Assembly (NCBI GenBank): GCA_965644295.1
Contig: CBFFRP010000139.1
Span: 45,281-109,280 of the forward strand
Length of the DNA: 64,000 bases
Reading direction: 5' to 3'
Source: Paraphysomonas bandaiensis
Taxonomy: Eukaryota > Protista > Chrysophyceae
How positions within the stretch are numbered: the first letter of the stretch is position 1; each line of letters opens with the position of its first letter. Both the position numbers and the translations under genes were made by a program. Below the pieces are notes generated by a model, which was given only the letters and a program-made list of their open reading frames with translations, made no database searches and was not told where the DNA came from. Positions 52,601 through 64,000 of the stretch are shown in pieces.

Positions 52601-55600
52601 GCATTTACATAGCTGACGCTGCCGCCAGTGGAGAGTGGTCGGCGATCGACAAAATACTAGGCGGCACAAACTACAGCGTGGTCACGACTGAGATCACACA
52701 TCTCATCGACGAATTACTCACTGCCGGCCAATGGCAATGGAGAAGATACGACAAATTCCTCCACACCGACTGCAGACCCATGCTAGGGGACGTCACCGAA
52801 CTCCAACACCAATGGGACCTCCACCAATACATCCTCACGCGGGACGGCACGTACCCCACAAGTGCAAGCCGAGACTCGCAGTACTGGACACGCAGCGGCA
52901 CCAGACTTCCACACAAACTTCATCCCCTCAAGACCAATAATTCTTCCAAATGCTATGTCCCATTCCACGACCGCATCCGCGAAACCGCATATGTCTGGGA
53001 TAAATCCTACGCGATGGGCAGAAATAGAGCCAAGGGCAAACATGGAGACGAACTCACAACAGCAGCCAAATGTACAGACTGTGACCACAATTTGGACAAC
53101 ATGGCGCACATGCTCCTCCACTGTCCACAGTCCACACCCTGAGATCGCCTAAATACGTGAACATGCCTCCCACACACAACAAACCCAGCTTACCAAACTC
53201 CATGGGCAACGACAACCCATCCCCTGACTCCACAATGCCCTACGTAGACTAGTACGGGCTGCTTGGGATCCCACCACACCCCAAGTTGAGAGATACTGGA
53301 CCGGACAACTAATTAACAGCCTCGCAACTGGCAAATGCTTTCGGACGCAACATTTCCACCTCGCTACACGACCACCAGTTCCATAAGCTCGAAAAATCCG
53401 TCACCAAAGTCCTGCTCCCTCTCTACAATGGAGGAACAAACATGCTCAAAAACAGAGGCTGCAGATTTCACAGTATCGATGCGACAACAATGACACCACC
53501 CTCGACTCATGCTAGCTCACAACCACGTCGCATACACCCTACCACCAACCCGAAAATCCTCCAGCTACTTAAAGTAACATCCACCCCCAGAGCCGTGCCC
53601 CCCATGAGACCTCGGCCCCAACGCAGGCCTGCCAACCCGATCCGGAGGCAGACGACACTCATTTCCGACAGAACCACACCCACAACTAGTAATCCCAAAA
53701 CCCCCGCTGACACACATTCACAGAATGCCACGTCACCCCTCACACCCCGGCTCGCATGCGGATCTGGACCACCAGACACATTACCCAAAGGAAGACCACC
53801 AGTCTAAACTTAAAACAAGGGATGGTTGCACCAAGGTGCTTGCAGCAATGCACAAGCAGTCCCGAGACAACTGAGCATTCCATAATCTGTGTTACCACTA
53901 ATCTAGAGTAATTGATAGATAAATGCAACAAGTTCTCTCATGTAATAATCAGATATTCTGTGTATGTCTCCGCTCCAATTTATCGAAAATGAGGTGCCAG
54001 ACTTGAGTTATGCCAGAATATGGGGATGTAACTGCTTTGTGAATATCGATTCCAGTCTCCGAAAGAACAACTGGGACAGACATAGCTGGCCTGGGTATCT
54101 TATGGGCTATCGAGAGGATGGTCCCGGATATATAGTCTTTGTTCCCGCATTGAGAGATTTTGTTATTTCTGGACATGTATTTTTCAACGAATGTGTTCCA
54201 CCAGCGGATAAGAGATATTTTAAGGAGATAAATGAGATCTTCAGAGAGAATGTGACCTCCAGGACAGTAGGAAGTTTCAAATATCTCATAGGCCTTGCAC
54301 ATGTAGATCCAGAAGATATGTAACGACTCAAATAAAGCTCATAAAAGGACTAATCGCAGCGTACTATGGTCTAGTGGACAACAGCGGTGACACTACACGC
54401 CTCATTCAGCTCGACGACCCCATTCACGCTGCAGACGTCGAAAAGTACACTGAAGAATACATAGAACTCAAAGCAGTTGGTCCCAAACGTAGTAATTCTC
54501 GATCGAAAACCCCAATAAATAAATCCAGCAAATTAGATCGAGACCCCGATACAGTTAAAATGGATCTCCAGCGCCAGCCGCTACTTCCAGGGGGAGTGGC
54601 GTGAACCTAAGACATCATGATGCCGCGCAGGAGAGAATCAGCAGCCATCGGGATGAACCTACGCACTCCGATGCAAAGATAGCAAAGACTCGCCCTTCGA
54701 TACAATTCAATGGGAATCTAGTGCCGAATCCGGCACCACACAGTCAAGTGGACCGTGTGTGTGTGTCAGCGTGTGTGGCCAAACGCTGTTACAAGCCTGC
54801 TGATTCATCGGGAGATTGGGGAAATCAGGGTACACCTGAAAAGGGCCAAAAGTAAGATCCATGCTACAGTGCTGTACAAATTTTATGCTAGATATGGGTT
54901 TTACCAGCAGACTAATATCTGACCCGTGTATATTCAAAAAGCAGATTAATGGCAGGATTATGCTAATAGCCATGTGTATGTGGATGATATTATTATAGCA
55001 TCTACAACCGACACTGATATCCAACAATTCAAAGACCATTTATCCAAAAAGTTCGAAATTACGGATCTCGGACTCTTAGATTATTACTTTTGGGCATTTC
55101 CATCCATCAAGACTTTGATAAGAATATCACGACTCTCAGTCAGGAGCAGTATGTCAACAAACTACTGGATAAATTCAATATGTCCACCTGTAAACCCATG
55201 TCAACACCTATGTTACTGTCCTTTAACTATGATTTACATGAATATACAATCATCTTTCAGAGTCAAATCAAAGTTATGTTCAGAATTTCCCCTACAAGGA
55301 GCTCATAGGTTCCCTGATGTATGGCTACGCTCTTTATTATCAGAAATTTGTTTCAAACATCCATTCTCAACAACTATTTGGTGCGATAATAAAGGTGCAG
55401 TCCAATTATGTTACAATAATCCTACTCATCATCGACGTACAAAACATATCGCAATTCGATATCACTTCATCCGTGAGCATATTGCCGAGAACATTTTGAC
55501 GGTTGATCACATATCCACAAAAAGTCAATGTTAGCCGACCTCCTTACAAAACCACTAGGAGCAAATCACTTCAGCACATTGTGAACTACATTGATGGGGA

Positions 55601-56174
55601 GAGCTGAGTTCGACATCCCATCCAGCAGCAACAGAAAGCGATCAACAACCTCAGAGACACCTAAATCACAATTACCAAGCCACAAGCGACCTAGGTGGCT
55701 AGTTTGAGTTACACGGAGTTTTTAACATTTGTTTTTACTTTTATTCAATACATGATGCTGGACTAGAAGGATGGTCTCACAATATGGCATCTCTGCAGTT
55801 CGCTTATTATTGATTAGTGACTGCTACTCTGGTTTTTACTCTCAGTGTGTATAAGTTCATATTCTCTCTATTATATACGGTTCACTGATTATTTCATTGA
55901 GGAGGCGTATTAGGATTCAGCTTAATACATGATTGTATCTGTGAGTTATAATGTTCAATGAAATACACCATGAACTGAATTAGAGAGAGTATCTGTCGAA
56001 GATACATGATCGTCATCATAACGTCGTCACTATTAGTTACACTTCTAACTATTCCGTTGTGCATGATAGTTATGTTCTATATTGTTATTCATAATTTTCA
56101 CCCTATCGTGTTCATTACCTTACACTCTAATAATCACAACATTGTTTTACTATTATAAAGATCAATTCTTTATT
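49700..56174 (+). mobile_element. Decayed Ty1/Copia element (Copia-3) with both LTRs
   Basis: LTRs 49700-49965 and 55908-56174 (diverged, with indels). TSD AAAAT. PBS TGGTAGCG at 49966, PPT GAGGAGGCG. Gag CFRCDGKGH, protease LDSGCT, IN, and partial RT/RNase H with deletions. Confidence 0.93.
52152..53962 (+). mobile_element. 5'-truncated copy of the SET-LINE inserted in Copia-3 integrase
   Basis: 13-bp TSD TATGTCTCCGCTC (52139-52151, 53963-53975). Starts inside RNase H. CTDCDHNLDNMAHMLLHC knuckle. 3' end ..CATGTAATAATCAGAT shared with copy 1; no poly(A). Confidence 0.95.
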
Positions 56175-56236
56175 AAAATGATTTGAGCAGCATGATAAGC
56201 CTGTCTGATAAAATGACCAATAGTCAATAACTATAT

Positions 56237-57718
56237 ATGTTGTAAGGCAATAACGAGCCACAAGTTGATAGTAATGATAGTGTTATTAACTTGTTTTATC
56301 AGAGGTTATCTGTGATAATAATGACTAGCATTCTAATCTATCTTCTATCACAGACTACACCTACAGCTCACTGCTTGGGCACATATATATGCCCTTACTC
56401 TATACCAATCCACTGTACATATTGGACTGTACATATCCTACACCGTATTGTCATCATACACCGTATAATGGTATAATACCGTTACCCTACTGTAGCTGGC
56501 TGTCTACACTGTATATATCCTGTATACTATACATCCACAGTATAGTGCAATATACAGCAGTATACTATCAAACCAAGCTTTCACTCCAATGACAGCCAAC
56601 CTCCTATACGGGGATGACAACACACCCTCCTATGTTCAGTCCAACGCCTGATCTCCTTATCGTCCATAAAATATGAACCTATAAATAAATATTAAATAGC
56701 GTGACCTCAATCGGCTATTGCTCGACTAAGTCACAACCGCCCCCCCATAATGCTCTGTGTCATAGGCTTAAACCCAAATGATACGCAGGCCTTTGCCTAT
56801 AGACAACAAAAAGTGCTCTGTGTCATAGGCTAAAACCCAAATGATACGCAGGCAATTGTCTATAGACAGAATAAAAGAATGCTCTGTGTCATAGGCTTAA
56901 ACCCAAATGATACGCAGGCCTTTGCCTATAGACAACAAAAAGTGCTCTGTGTCATAGGCTAAAACCCAAATGATACGCAGGCAATTGTCTATAGACAGAA
57001 TAAAAGAATGCTCTGTGTCATAGGCTTAAACCCAAATGATACGCAGGCCTTTGCCTATAGACAACAAAAAGTGCTCTGTGTCATAGGCTAAAACCCAAAT
57101 GATACGCAGGCAATTGTCTATAGACAGAATAAAAGAATGCTCTGTGTCATAGGCTTAAACCAAATGATACGCAGGCCTTTGCCTATAGACAACAAAAAGT
57201 GCTCTGTGTCATAGGCTAAAACCCAAATGATACGCAGGCAATTGTCTATAGACAGAATAAAAGAATGCTCTGTGTCATAGGCTTAAACCCAAATGATACG
57301 CAGGCCTTTGCCTATAGACAACAAAAAGTGCTCTGTGTGTTGTCATCCCCGTATAGGAGGTTGGCTGTCATTGGAGTGAAAGCTTGGTTTGATAGTATAC
57401 TGCTGTATATTGCACTATACTGTGGATGTATAGTATACAGGATATATAGTGTAGACAGCCAGCTACAGTAGGGTAACGGTATACCATTATACGGTGTATG
57501 ATGACAATACGGTGTAGGATATGTGCAGTCCAATATGTACAGTGGATTGGTATAGAGTAAGGGCATATATATGTGCCCAAGCAGTGAGCTGTAGGTGTAG
57601 TCTGTGATAGAAGATAGATTAGAATGCTAGTCATTATTATCACAGATAACCTCTGATAAAACAAGTTAATAACACTATCATTACTATCAACTTGTGGCTT
57701 GTTATTGCCTTACAACAT
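56237..57718. repeat. Inverted repeat (~385-bp arms) enclosing a satellite array
   Basis: 56237-56624 is reverse-complementary to about 57334-57718. Termini TGTTGTAAGG...CCTTACAACA. Confidence 0.9.
56749..57337 (+). repeat. 129-bp higher-order tandem repeat (63+66-bp subunits), ~4.5 copies
   Basis: GCTCTGTGTCATAGGCT(T/A)AAACCCAAATGATACGCAGGC core with two alternating tails. Confidence 0.97.
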
Positions 57719-60700
57719 TAACTTGTTCTCGAGAGTATGTTATCTGAAGCATGTCGCTCCAGCAGTTGGTTACGATGACCGGAAGAGCAGAGAGAGTGTA
57801 TGTATGTATATGGAGTGAAGGAGTGCTGTTTTTGAGTTTGAGGAGACTGTGGAAGAGGAATTGAAAAAGGCTAATTTCACGGGTATTTTGGAGAACACAG
57901 ATCACCAGCCGTTTGCTCCTGTTGTGGCCTTTTGGAGTGTTTATCAAATAAGGAGGCCCTTGTGTACAAAATAATGACTATTCGAGTGGTTCAACGGCAT
58001 AATAGAGGAGTGTAACTAGTGCAAGTAATTCTTTGTTGGGGATTTGATTGACTTTTATGGTTTCTTCTGGGTTGATTGGTTTATAATGTACCAAGGTGGC
58101 ATCAATATTCCTCCTGCTCTGGCTTTTCCTGAAACATTAGCCTCACCTTCATTGAGCGTTGAGAAGTCAATGACAGAGATTGGAATGCGTGGAAAGTGGT
58201 GATCTTCGAAACAGGATCTTACGTATCATGATTTTTGCGAATGTCCGGTTGTTGTCTGTGATCGTCAAACATAGCGTACGATCAAGAGGGCGATGTTATA
58301 ACTAGTGAAGAATATGAGTTAGATCCAGTGGAGTATCGACAGAGTGTATGCAGCGGTTTGTTGGGGTGAATAAGGGTCAGAATCAATGGGAGGATGCATG
58401 CATGATGGCCCTTGTGGATTCCGGAGCAAACAGAAGTTGCTGCTGTGTTGAGGTTGAGAGTATATTTGAGTGTGGGATCGGCATGGAAATTTGGTTGTAC
58501 GACAGCCGTATATATTATTACGTAAGGCATATACATCAGTTGGATTATGTTGATATCAGAGCCTTAGTTGAGTGTGAATATAATGTTCAGGAGGGTTCAG
58601 TAGATGACTCGAGATATGTATCAGGTGTTGGCAATTTAGAAAATGGTGCTTGTTGCCAGGAGCTACTGTTAATCCGTCAGTGATAGAGGAGGTGTATTTA
58701 CATCAGATGTTTCGCATGTTTGCTACTAGCTAAGGGCAACCTAATCTGTTGCATCGAACAGTTGTTTCCGGGATTCATATTGTGATAGTTGGACATATGA
58801 TTGGATTGGATTATATATATATAATATATGTGTGTGGACGTGTCAAGAAGATATAAATGGGCGTCGTTGGTAAGAGAACACGAGGAGTCGGAAGATCTAT
58901 ATTGGCTGCAGTTGTGTCAACTCGTGCGTTTCTATAAATAGATGGTCATGAGGTTAAGGTACTTAGTCTCGTTGCGAGAATTGTTGTAGAGCCGGCAGCT
59001 CCTGAAGCATAGTTTTAAAAGCTTGCGGTATGGTCGATGCCAACAGTGGATAAAGGAGTACCGGTTGTTCTTGCGCATCAGTTTCATAAAAGCTTTTAGT
59101 GGAGAATATACTCCGTATTATTGGGTAGCGGCCGGTGGTGTCAGTGGTATTGCATCACAGTAGCAGTTAAAATTTTGTGTTTGTACCGCATGCAGAGTTT
59201 GAATTTGGGTATAGGCTCAACTTGTGGTACAAAAATGGAGCTACACTTGTTTATATATACCGGGTCGAAAGGAAGTGGAAAGTTCTATGTGCGTGGAGAT
59301 GTGCGGGTGGTGAAGTTAGGAGTTGAAGATTATGTTAAATGAATGAAAGATTCAGGAGATGGTTCCTACGATTGATGAGAAATGGACCACAGAGTTATAA
59401 ATCAGTTCAAGGACTTCTGTGGGAACTGTTGAGTTGTGTGCGGCATCATGGTACTCTAACCATAAATAGATATGTTTGGTCAAGAGTTCAGGAGGGTGTA
59501 TAGGCAATGGAAACAGTACACATGATCAGGAGGGTGTGCTACAGGAGAGCATCATATATGTTACAGGGGTCTGGTTTGGTTGTGTCGTGTATGTGGCTAT
59601 ACAAGAGTTTATTTAGAGATCGACAACCTATTCAAAGGTATATACACCCGCCGAGTGACAGCAACACGAGGGAAACCCGAGAGTTAAAATTACGGTTATT
59701 TTTATTCAAGGACCTAGTAGGTATACAAAGCAGCAGTGCGTTTATTTCGTTTGGTTGGTTTCTGGGATTTGTACTGTTATTATTCGACTGTGTGAAGTTA
59801 CGATTTCTTTTGAAAGAAAGAGTTATTATGTTGCGAATGAGGTGTCAGCGTATCAAAGTTTTTTTTTTGGGAGAGACTGAATGATCAGGGTAAAAGTTTT
59901 GTCAGTGTGATCAGTTATAGTTCTTCGTCGTTCTTCACTGTTTCAATGAATGCAAAAGAAGAGTTAATTCGGAATAAGTTGAAAAGTGTCTCAAACATAT
60001 AATAGGGTATATGTTACATGGTGAAGTAAAGTACATATATTTTGTTCTGCAATTTGTATGGATTTAGTTGATGATCTTAATAGATTGTGTGAGAATCTTT
60101 GAGACAAAGTAATTCGGATGTTCAGTTGTTCGTTATGAGTTATGTTCAAATATTGTGCTACAATTATAAAGGAAAGGAGTGATTGGTATTTCGACAATGC
60201 CGGTTCAGTGTTCGACAGCTTGTGAATTCAATGACCATGCAACATTATTTAATTCGTGCAGTGGTACAGTGTGTGTGTTTTCTTTTTTCCTCGAATGACC
60301 CGTTGTTATTTATATTCCAATGGTTCTTAAAGTTACGCATTCGTGATGGTTGTGTGTGATGTTACGAAGAATATGTGGTCAACAGTATCATATTATCAGG
60401 AGTGTTATTGTAGCGACGACATTATTTGATCATAAATTTATTGGAGATTTTCCTGACAGCAAGTTTCAATTTCGATGATGGTTATCGGCAGCAGTTGAAT
60501 GAATGACAAATAATTGCATCTGCATTCTCCATGTGAGTTTATAATGTTGACATTGTTGGGAGGAGTGTGATACTACTGTATACTCTTTCGAGAGTGTTAT
60601 TTTCAAACAAATCCATCATTACTGCGAAGGATATAATGTCGAAAGAGTTCAATGCATTGGTCGATAGTTTATTTCAGTATGAGTTGGTGATATTATGAAG

Positions 60701-61064
60701 GAGAACTTGGTCCTTAGGCACGAACAAGGATCAGAGCTGGTTATATATGGCAGTTCAGAAGGTCGACTACATGGTGATCATTTGTGTGAGTTAAAGTCCA
60801 ATACTGAGAGATATTTGGTTTCGAAAATTGCTTGCGGGCTAGGCCTACTTGTGTGCAGTTGGAACCTACTCTAATATTTGCAGATAAAATGCGTTGTTGA
60901 TTATTATGGAGGAGTTTTTTTTAGTGGAAATCATAAGAAGGTCCTGCGGAGGATAAAAGAGAAAACAGGGAAGGATGATCTGGTTTGTATTTTGATATAC
61001 GATGACTAATATATTGTTTTCAGATTATAAATCAACAATTATGATCGATATCATCTTGTCTTCG
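57719..61064 (+). pseudogene. Highly decayed Gypsy-like pol remnant
   Basis: MMALVDSGANRSC (retropepsin-like) at about 58402, then DGS..MDHRVINQ (RT-like) at about 59360, in Gypsy order. Otherwise unreadable. Confidence 0.4.
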
Positions 61065-62658
61065 GACAATTGCCTGCGTATCATTTGGGTTTAAGCCTAT
61101 GACACAGAGCATTCTTTTATTCTGTCTATAGACAATTGCCTGCGTATCATTTGGGTTTTAGCCTATGACACAGAGCACTTTTTGTTGTCTATAGGCAAAG
61201 GCCTGCGTATCATTTGGGTTTAAGCCTATGACACAGAGCATTCTTTTATTCTGTCTATAGACAATTGCCTGCGTATCATTTGGGTTTTAGCCTATGACAC
61301 AGAGCACTTTTTGTTGTCTATAGGCAAAGGCCTGCGTATCATTTGGGTTTAAGCCTATGACACAGAGCATTCTTTTATTCTGTCTATAGACAATTGCCTG
61401 CGTATCATTTGGGTTTTAGCCTATGACACAGAGCACTTTTTGTTGTCTATAGGCAAAGGCCTGCGTATCATTTGGGTTTAAGCCTATGACACAGAGCATT
61501 CTTTTATTCTGTCTATAGACAATTGCCTGCGTATCATTTGGGTTTTAGCCTATGACACAGAGCACTTTTTGTTGTCTATAGGCAAAGGCCTGCGTATCAT
61601 TTGGGTTTAAGCCTATGACACAGAGCATTCTTTTATTCTGTCTATAGACAATTGCCTGCGTATCATTTGGGTTTTAGCCTATGACACAGAGCACTTTTTG
61701 TTGTCTATAGGCAAAGGCCTGCGTATCATTTGGGTTTAAGCCTATGACACAGAGCATTCTTTTATTCTGTCTATAGACAATTGCCTGCGTATCATTTGGG
61801 TTTTAGCCTATGACACAGAGCACTTTTTGTTGTCTATAGGCAAAGGCCTGCGTATCATTTGGGTTTAAGCCTATGACACAGAGCATTCTTTTATTCTGTC
61901 TATAGACAATTGCCTGCGTATCATTTGGGTTTTAGCCTATGACACAGAGCACTTTTTGTTGTCTATAGGCAAAGGCCTGCGTATCATTTGGGTTTAAGCC
62001 TATGACACAGAGCACTTTTTGTTGTCTATAGGCAAAGGCCTGCGTATCATTTGGGTTTTAGCCTATGACACAGAGCACTTTTTGTTGTCTATAGGCAAAG
62101 GCCTGCGTATCATTTGGGTTTAAGCCTATGACACAGATCATTCTTTTATTCTGTCTATAGACAATTGCCTGCGTATCATTTGGGTTTTAGCCTATGACAC
62201 AGAGCACTTTTTGTTGTCTATAGGCAAAGGCCTGCGTATCATTTGGGTTTAAGCCTATGACACAGAGCATTCTTTTATTCTGTCTATAGACAATTGCCTG
62301 CGTATCATTTGGGTTTTAGCCTATGACACAGAGCACTTTTTGTTGTCTATAGGCAAAGGCCTGCGTATCATTTGGGTTTAAGCCTATGACACAGAGCATT
62401 CTTTTATTCTGTCTATAGACAATTGCCTGCGTATCATTTGGGTTTTAGCCTATGACACAGAGCACTTTTTGTTGTCTATAGGCAAAGGCCTGCGTATCAT
62501 TTGGGTTTAAGCCTATGACACAGAGCATTCTTTTATTCTGTCTATAGACAATTGCCTGCGTATCATTTGGGTTTTAGCCTATGACACAGAGCACTTTTTG
62601 TTGTCTATAGGCAAAGGCCTGCGTATCATTTGGGTTTAAGCCTATGACACAGAGCATT
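61065..62658 (-). repeat. 129-bp higher-order tandem repeat, ~12 copies, reverse orientation
   Basis: Reverse complement of the 56749 array, near-perfect. One break in the alternation near 62010-62100. Confidence 0.97.
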
Positions 62659-63084
62659 ATGGGGGGGCGGTTGTGACTTAGTCGAGCAATAGCCGATTGA
62701 GGTCACGGTATTTAATATTTATTTATAGGTTCATATTTTATGGACGATAAGGAGATCAGGCGTTGGACTGAACATAGGAGGGTGTGTTGTCATCCCCGTA
62801 TAGGAGGTTGGCTGTCATTGGAGTGAAAGCTTGGTTTGATAGTATACTGCTGTATATTGCACTATACTGTGGATGTATAGTATACAGGATATATACAGTG
62901 TAGACAGCCAGCTACAGTAGGGTAACGGTATACCATTATACGGTGTATGATGACAATACGGTGTAGGATATGTACAGTCCAATATGTACAGTGGATTGGT
63001 ATAGAGTAAGGGCATATATATGTGCCCAAGCAGTGAGCTGTAGGTGTAGTCTGTGATAGAAGATAGATTAGAATGCTAGTCATT
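62659..63084 (-). repeat. Reverse copy of the array-flanking sequence 56320-56748
   Basis: Direct reverse-complement match. Confidence 0.9.
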
Positions 63085-63102
63085 CATTAATCTATCTGTC
63101 GA

Positions 63103-64000
63103 GATCACAGACTCACTACCTACAGCTCACTGCTTGGGCACATATAGGTGCCCTTACTCTATACCAATCCACTGTACATATTGGACTGCACATATCCTAC
63201 ACCGTGATGTGTGCATCATACACCGTATAATGGTGTACCGTTACCCTACTGTAGCTGGCTGTCTACACTGTATATATCCTGTATACTATACATCCACAGT
63301 ATAGTGCAATATACAGCAGTATACTATCAAACCAAGCTTTCACTCCAATGACAGCCAACCTCTATACGGGGATGACAACACACCCTCCTATGTTCAGTCC
63401 AACGCCTGATCTCCTTATCGTCCATAAAATATGAACCTATAAATAAATATTAAATACCGTGACCTCAATCGGCTATTGCTCGACTGGGATACCGCCTTCC
63501 CCTTCTCTGTATCATAGGCTTAAACAAATGATACGCAGGCTAGGCTTGCAAAAAGTGCTCGTTGACAAATGATACGCAGGCAATTGTCTATAGACAGAAT
63601 AAAGAATGCAAACGGAACGTCATAGGCTAAACTGATGATGCACTTGGCGCTAAGACCAGCAAAAAGATAGCGTGTCATAGGTAAAACCCAAATTACGCAG
63701 GCAGTCTATAGACAGAATAAAAGAATGCTCTGTGTCATAGGCTTAAACCCAAATGATACGCAAGCCTTTGCCTATAGACAACAAAAAGTGCTCTGTGTCA
63801 TAGGCTAAAACCCAAATGATACGCAGGCAATTGTCTATAGACAGAATAAAAGAATGCTCTGTGTCATAGGCTTAAACCCAAATGATAATGCAGGCCTTTG
63901 CCTATAGACAACAAAAAGTGCTCTGATGTCATAGGCTAAAACCCAAATGATACGCAGGCAATTGTCTATAGACAGAATAAAAGAATGATCTGTGTCATAG
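63103..64000 (+). repeat. Error-rich forward copy of flank plus satellite (fold-back)
   Basis: Mirrors about 62200-63060 with many small indels, especially at 63480-63720. Confidence 0.8.

Noticed and set aside
56291-57664. Small Tyr/Ile-rich ORFs repeated near the arrays
   Set aside because: They arise from the repeated flank, differ by frameshifts between copies, and show no recognisable motif.
56749-62658. CRISPR-like repeat/spacer appearance of the arrays
   Set aside because: The 'spacers' are two fixed alternating tails, there are no cas genes, and the context is eukaryotic. It is a satellite.
63085-64000. Hairpin end of a linear replicon or chromosome
   Set aside because: The mirror arm is full of random indels, typical of a single noisy fold-back read near a contig end. 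Needs read support before any biological reading.

Overview
Eukaryotic nuclear DNA with short (~45-60 nt) GT-AG introns. SF-assemblin and the gene style suggest a flagellated protist, possibly a stramenopile (inference). The first ~23.6 kb is gene-dense: QTRT2-like, TruB, Iwr1+ankyrin, ankyrin+F-box, SF-assemblin, a coiled-coil gene, NSF and RPS13. It also holds a young internally deleted Ty1/Copia element and a 1.2-kb foldback element. 24-43.5 kb is a nested transposon stack: two outward-facing Copia 3' halves bridge a non-LTR retrotransposon, which is itself interrupted by a solo LTR, a 6-kb TIR DNA transposon and two small related elements. With the four inserts removed, the LINE reads SET - APE endonuclease - RT - RNase H - CCHC. 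This in-frame SET (lysine methyltransferase) domain on a LINE is the most notable finding. A second, 5'-truncated copy of the LINE sits with a 13-bp TSD in the integrase gene of a third Copia, and every LINE junction in the window falls in Copia integrase sequence. Two host genes lie at 44-49 kb. The window ends in 129-bp satellite arrays with inverted flanks around a decayed Gypsy-like remnant; the last ~0.9 kb looks like a noisy fold-back. All domain calls come from motif reading by eye; no database searches were run.
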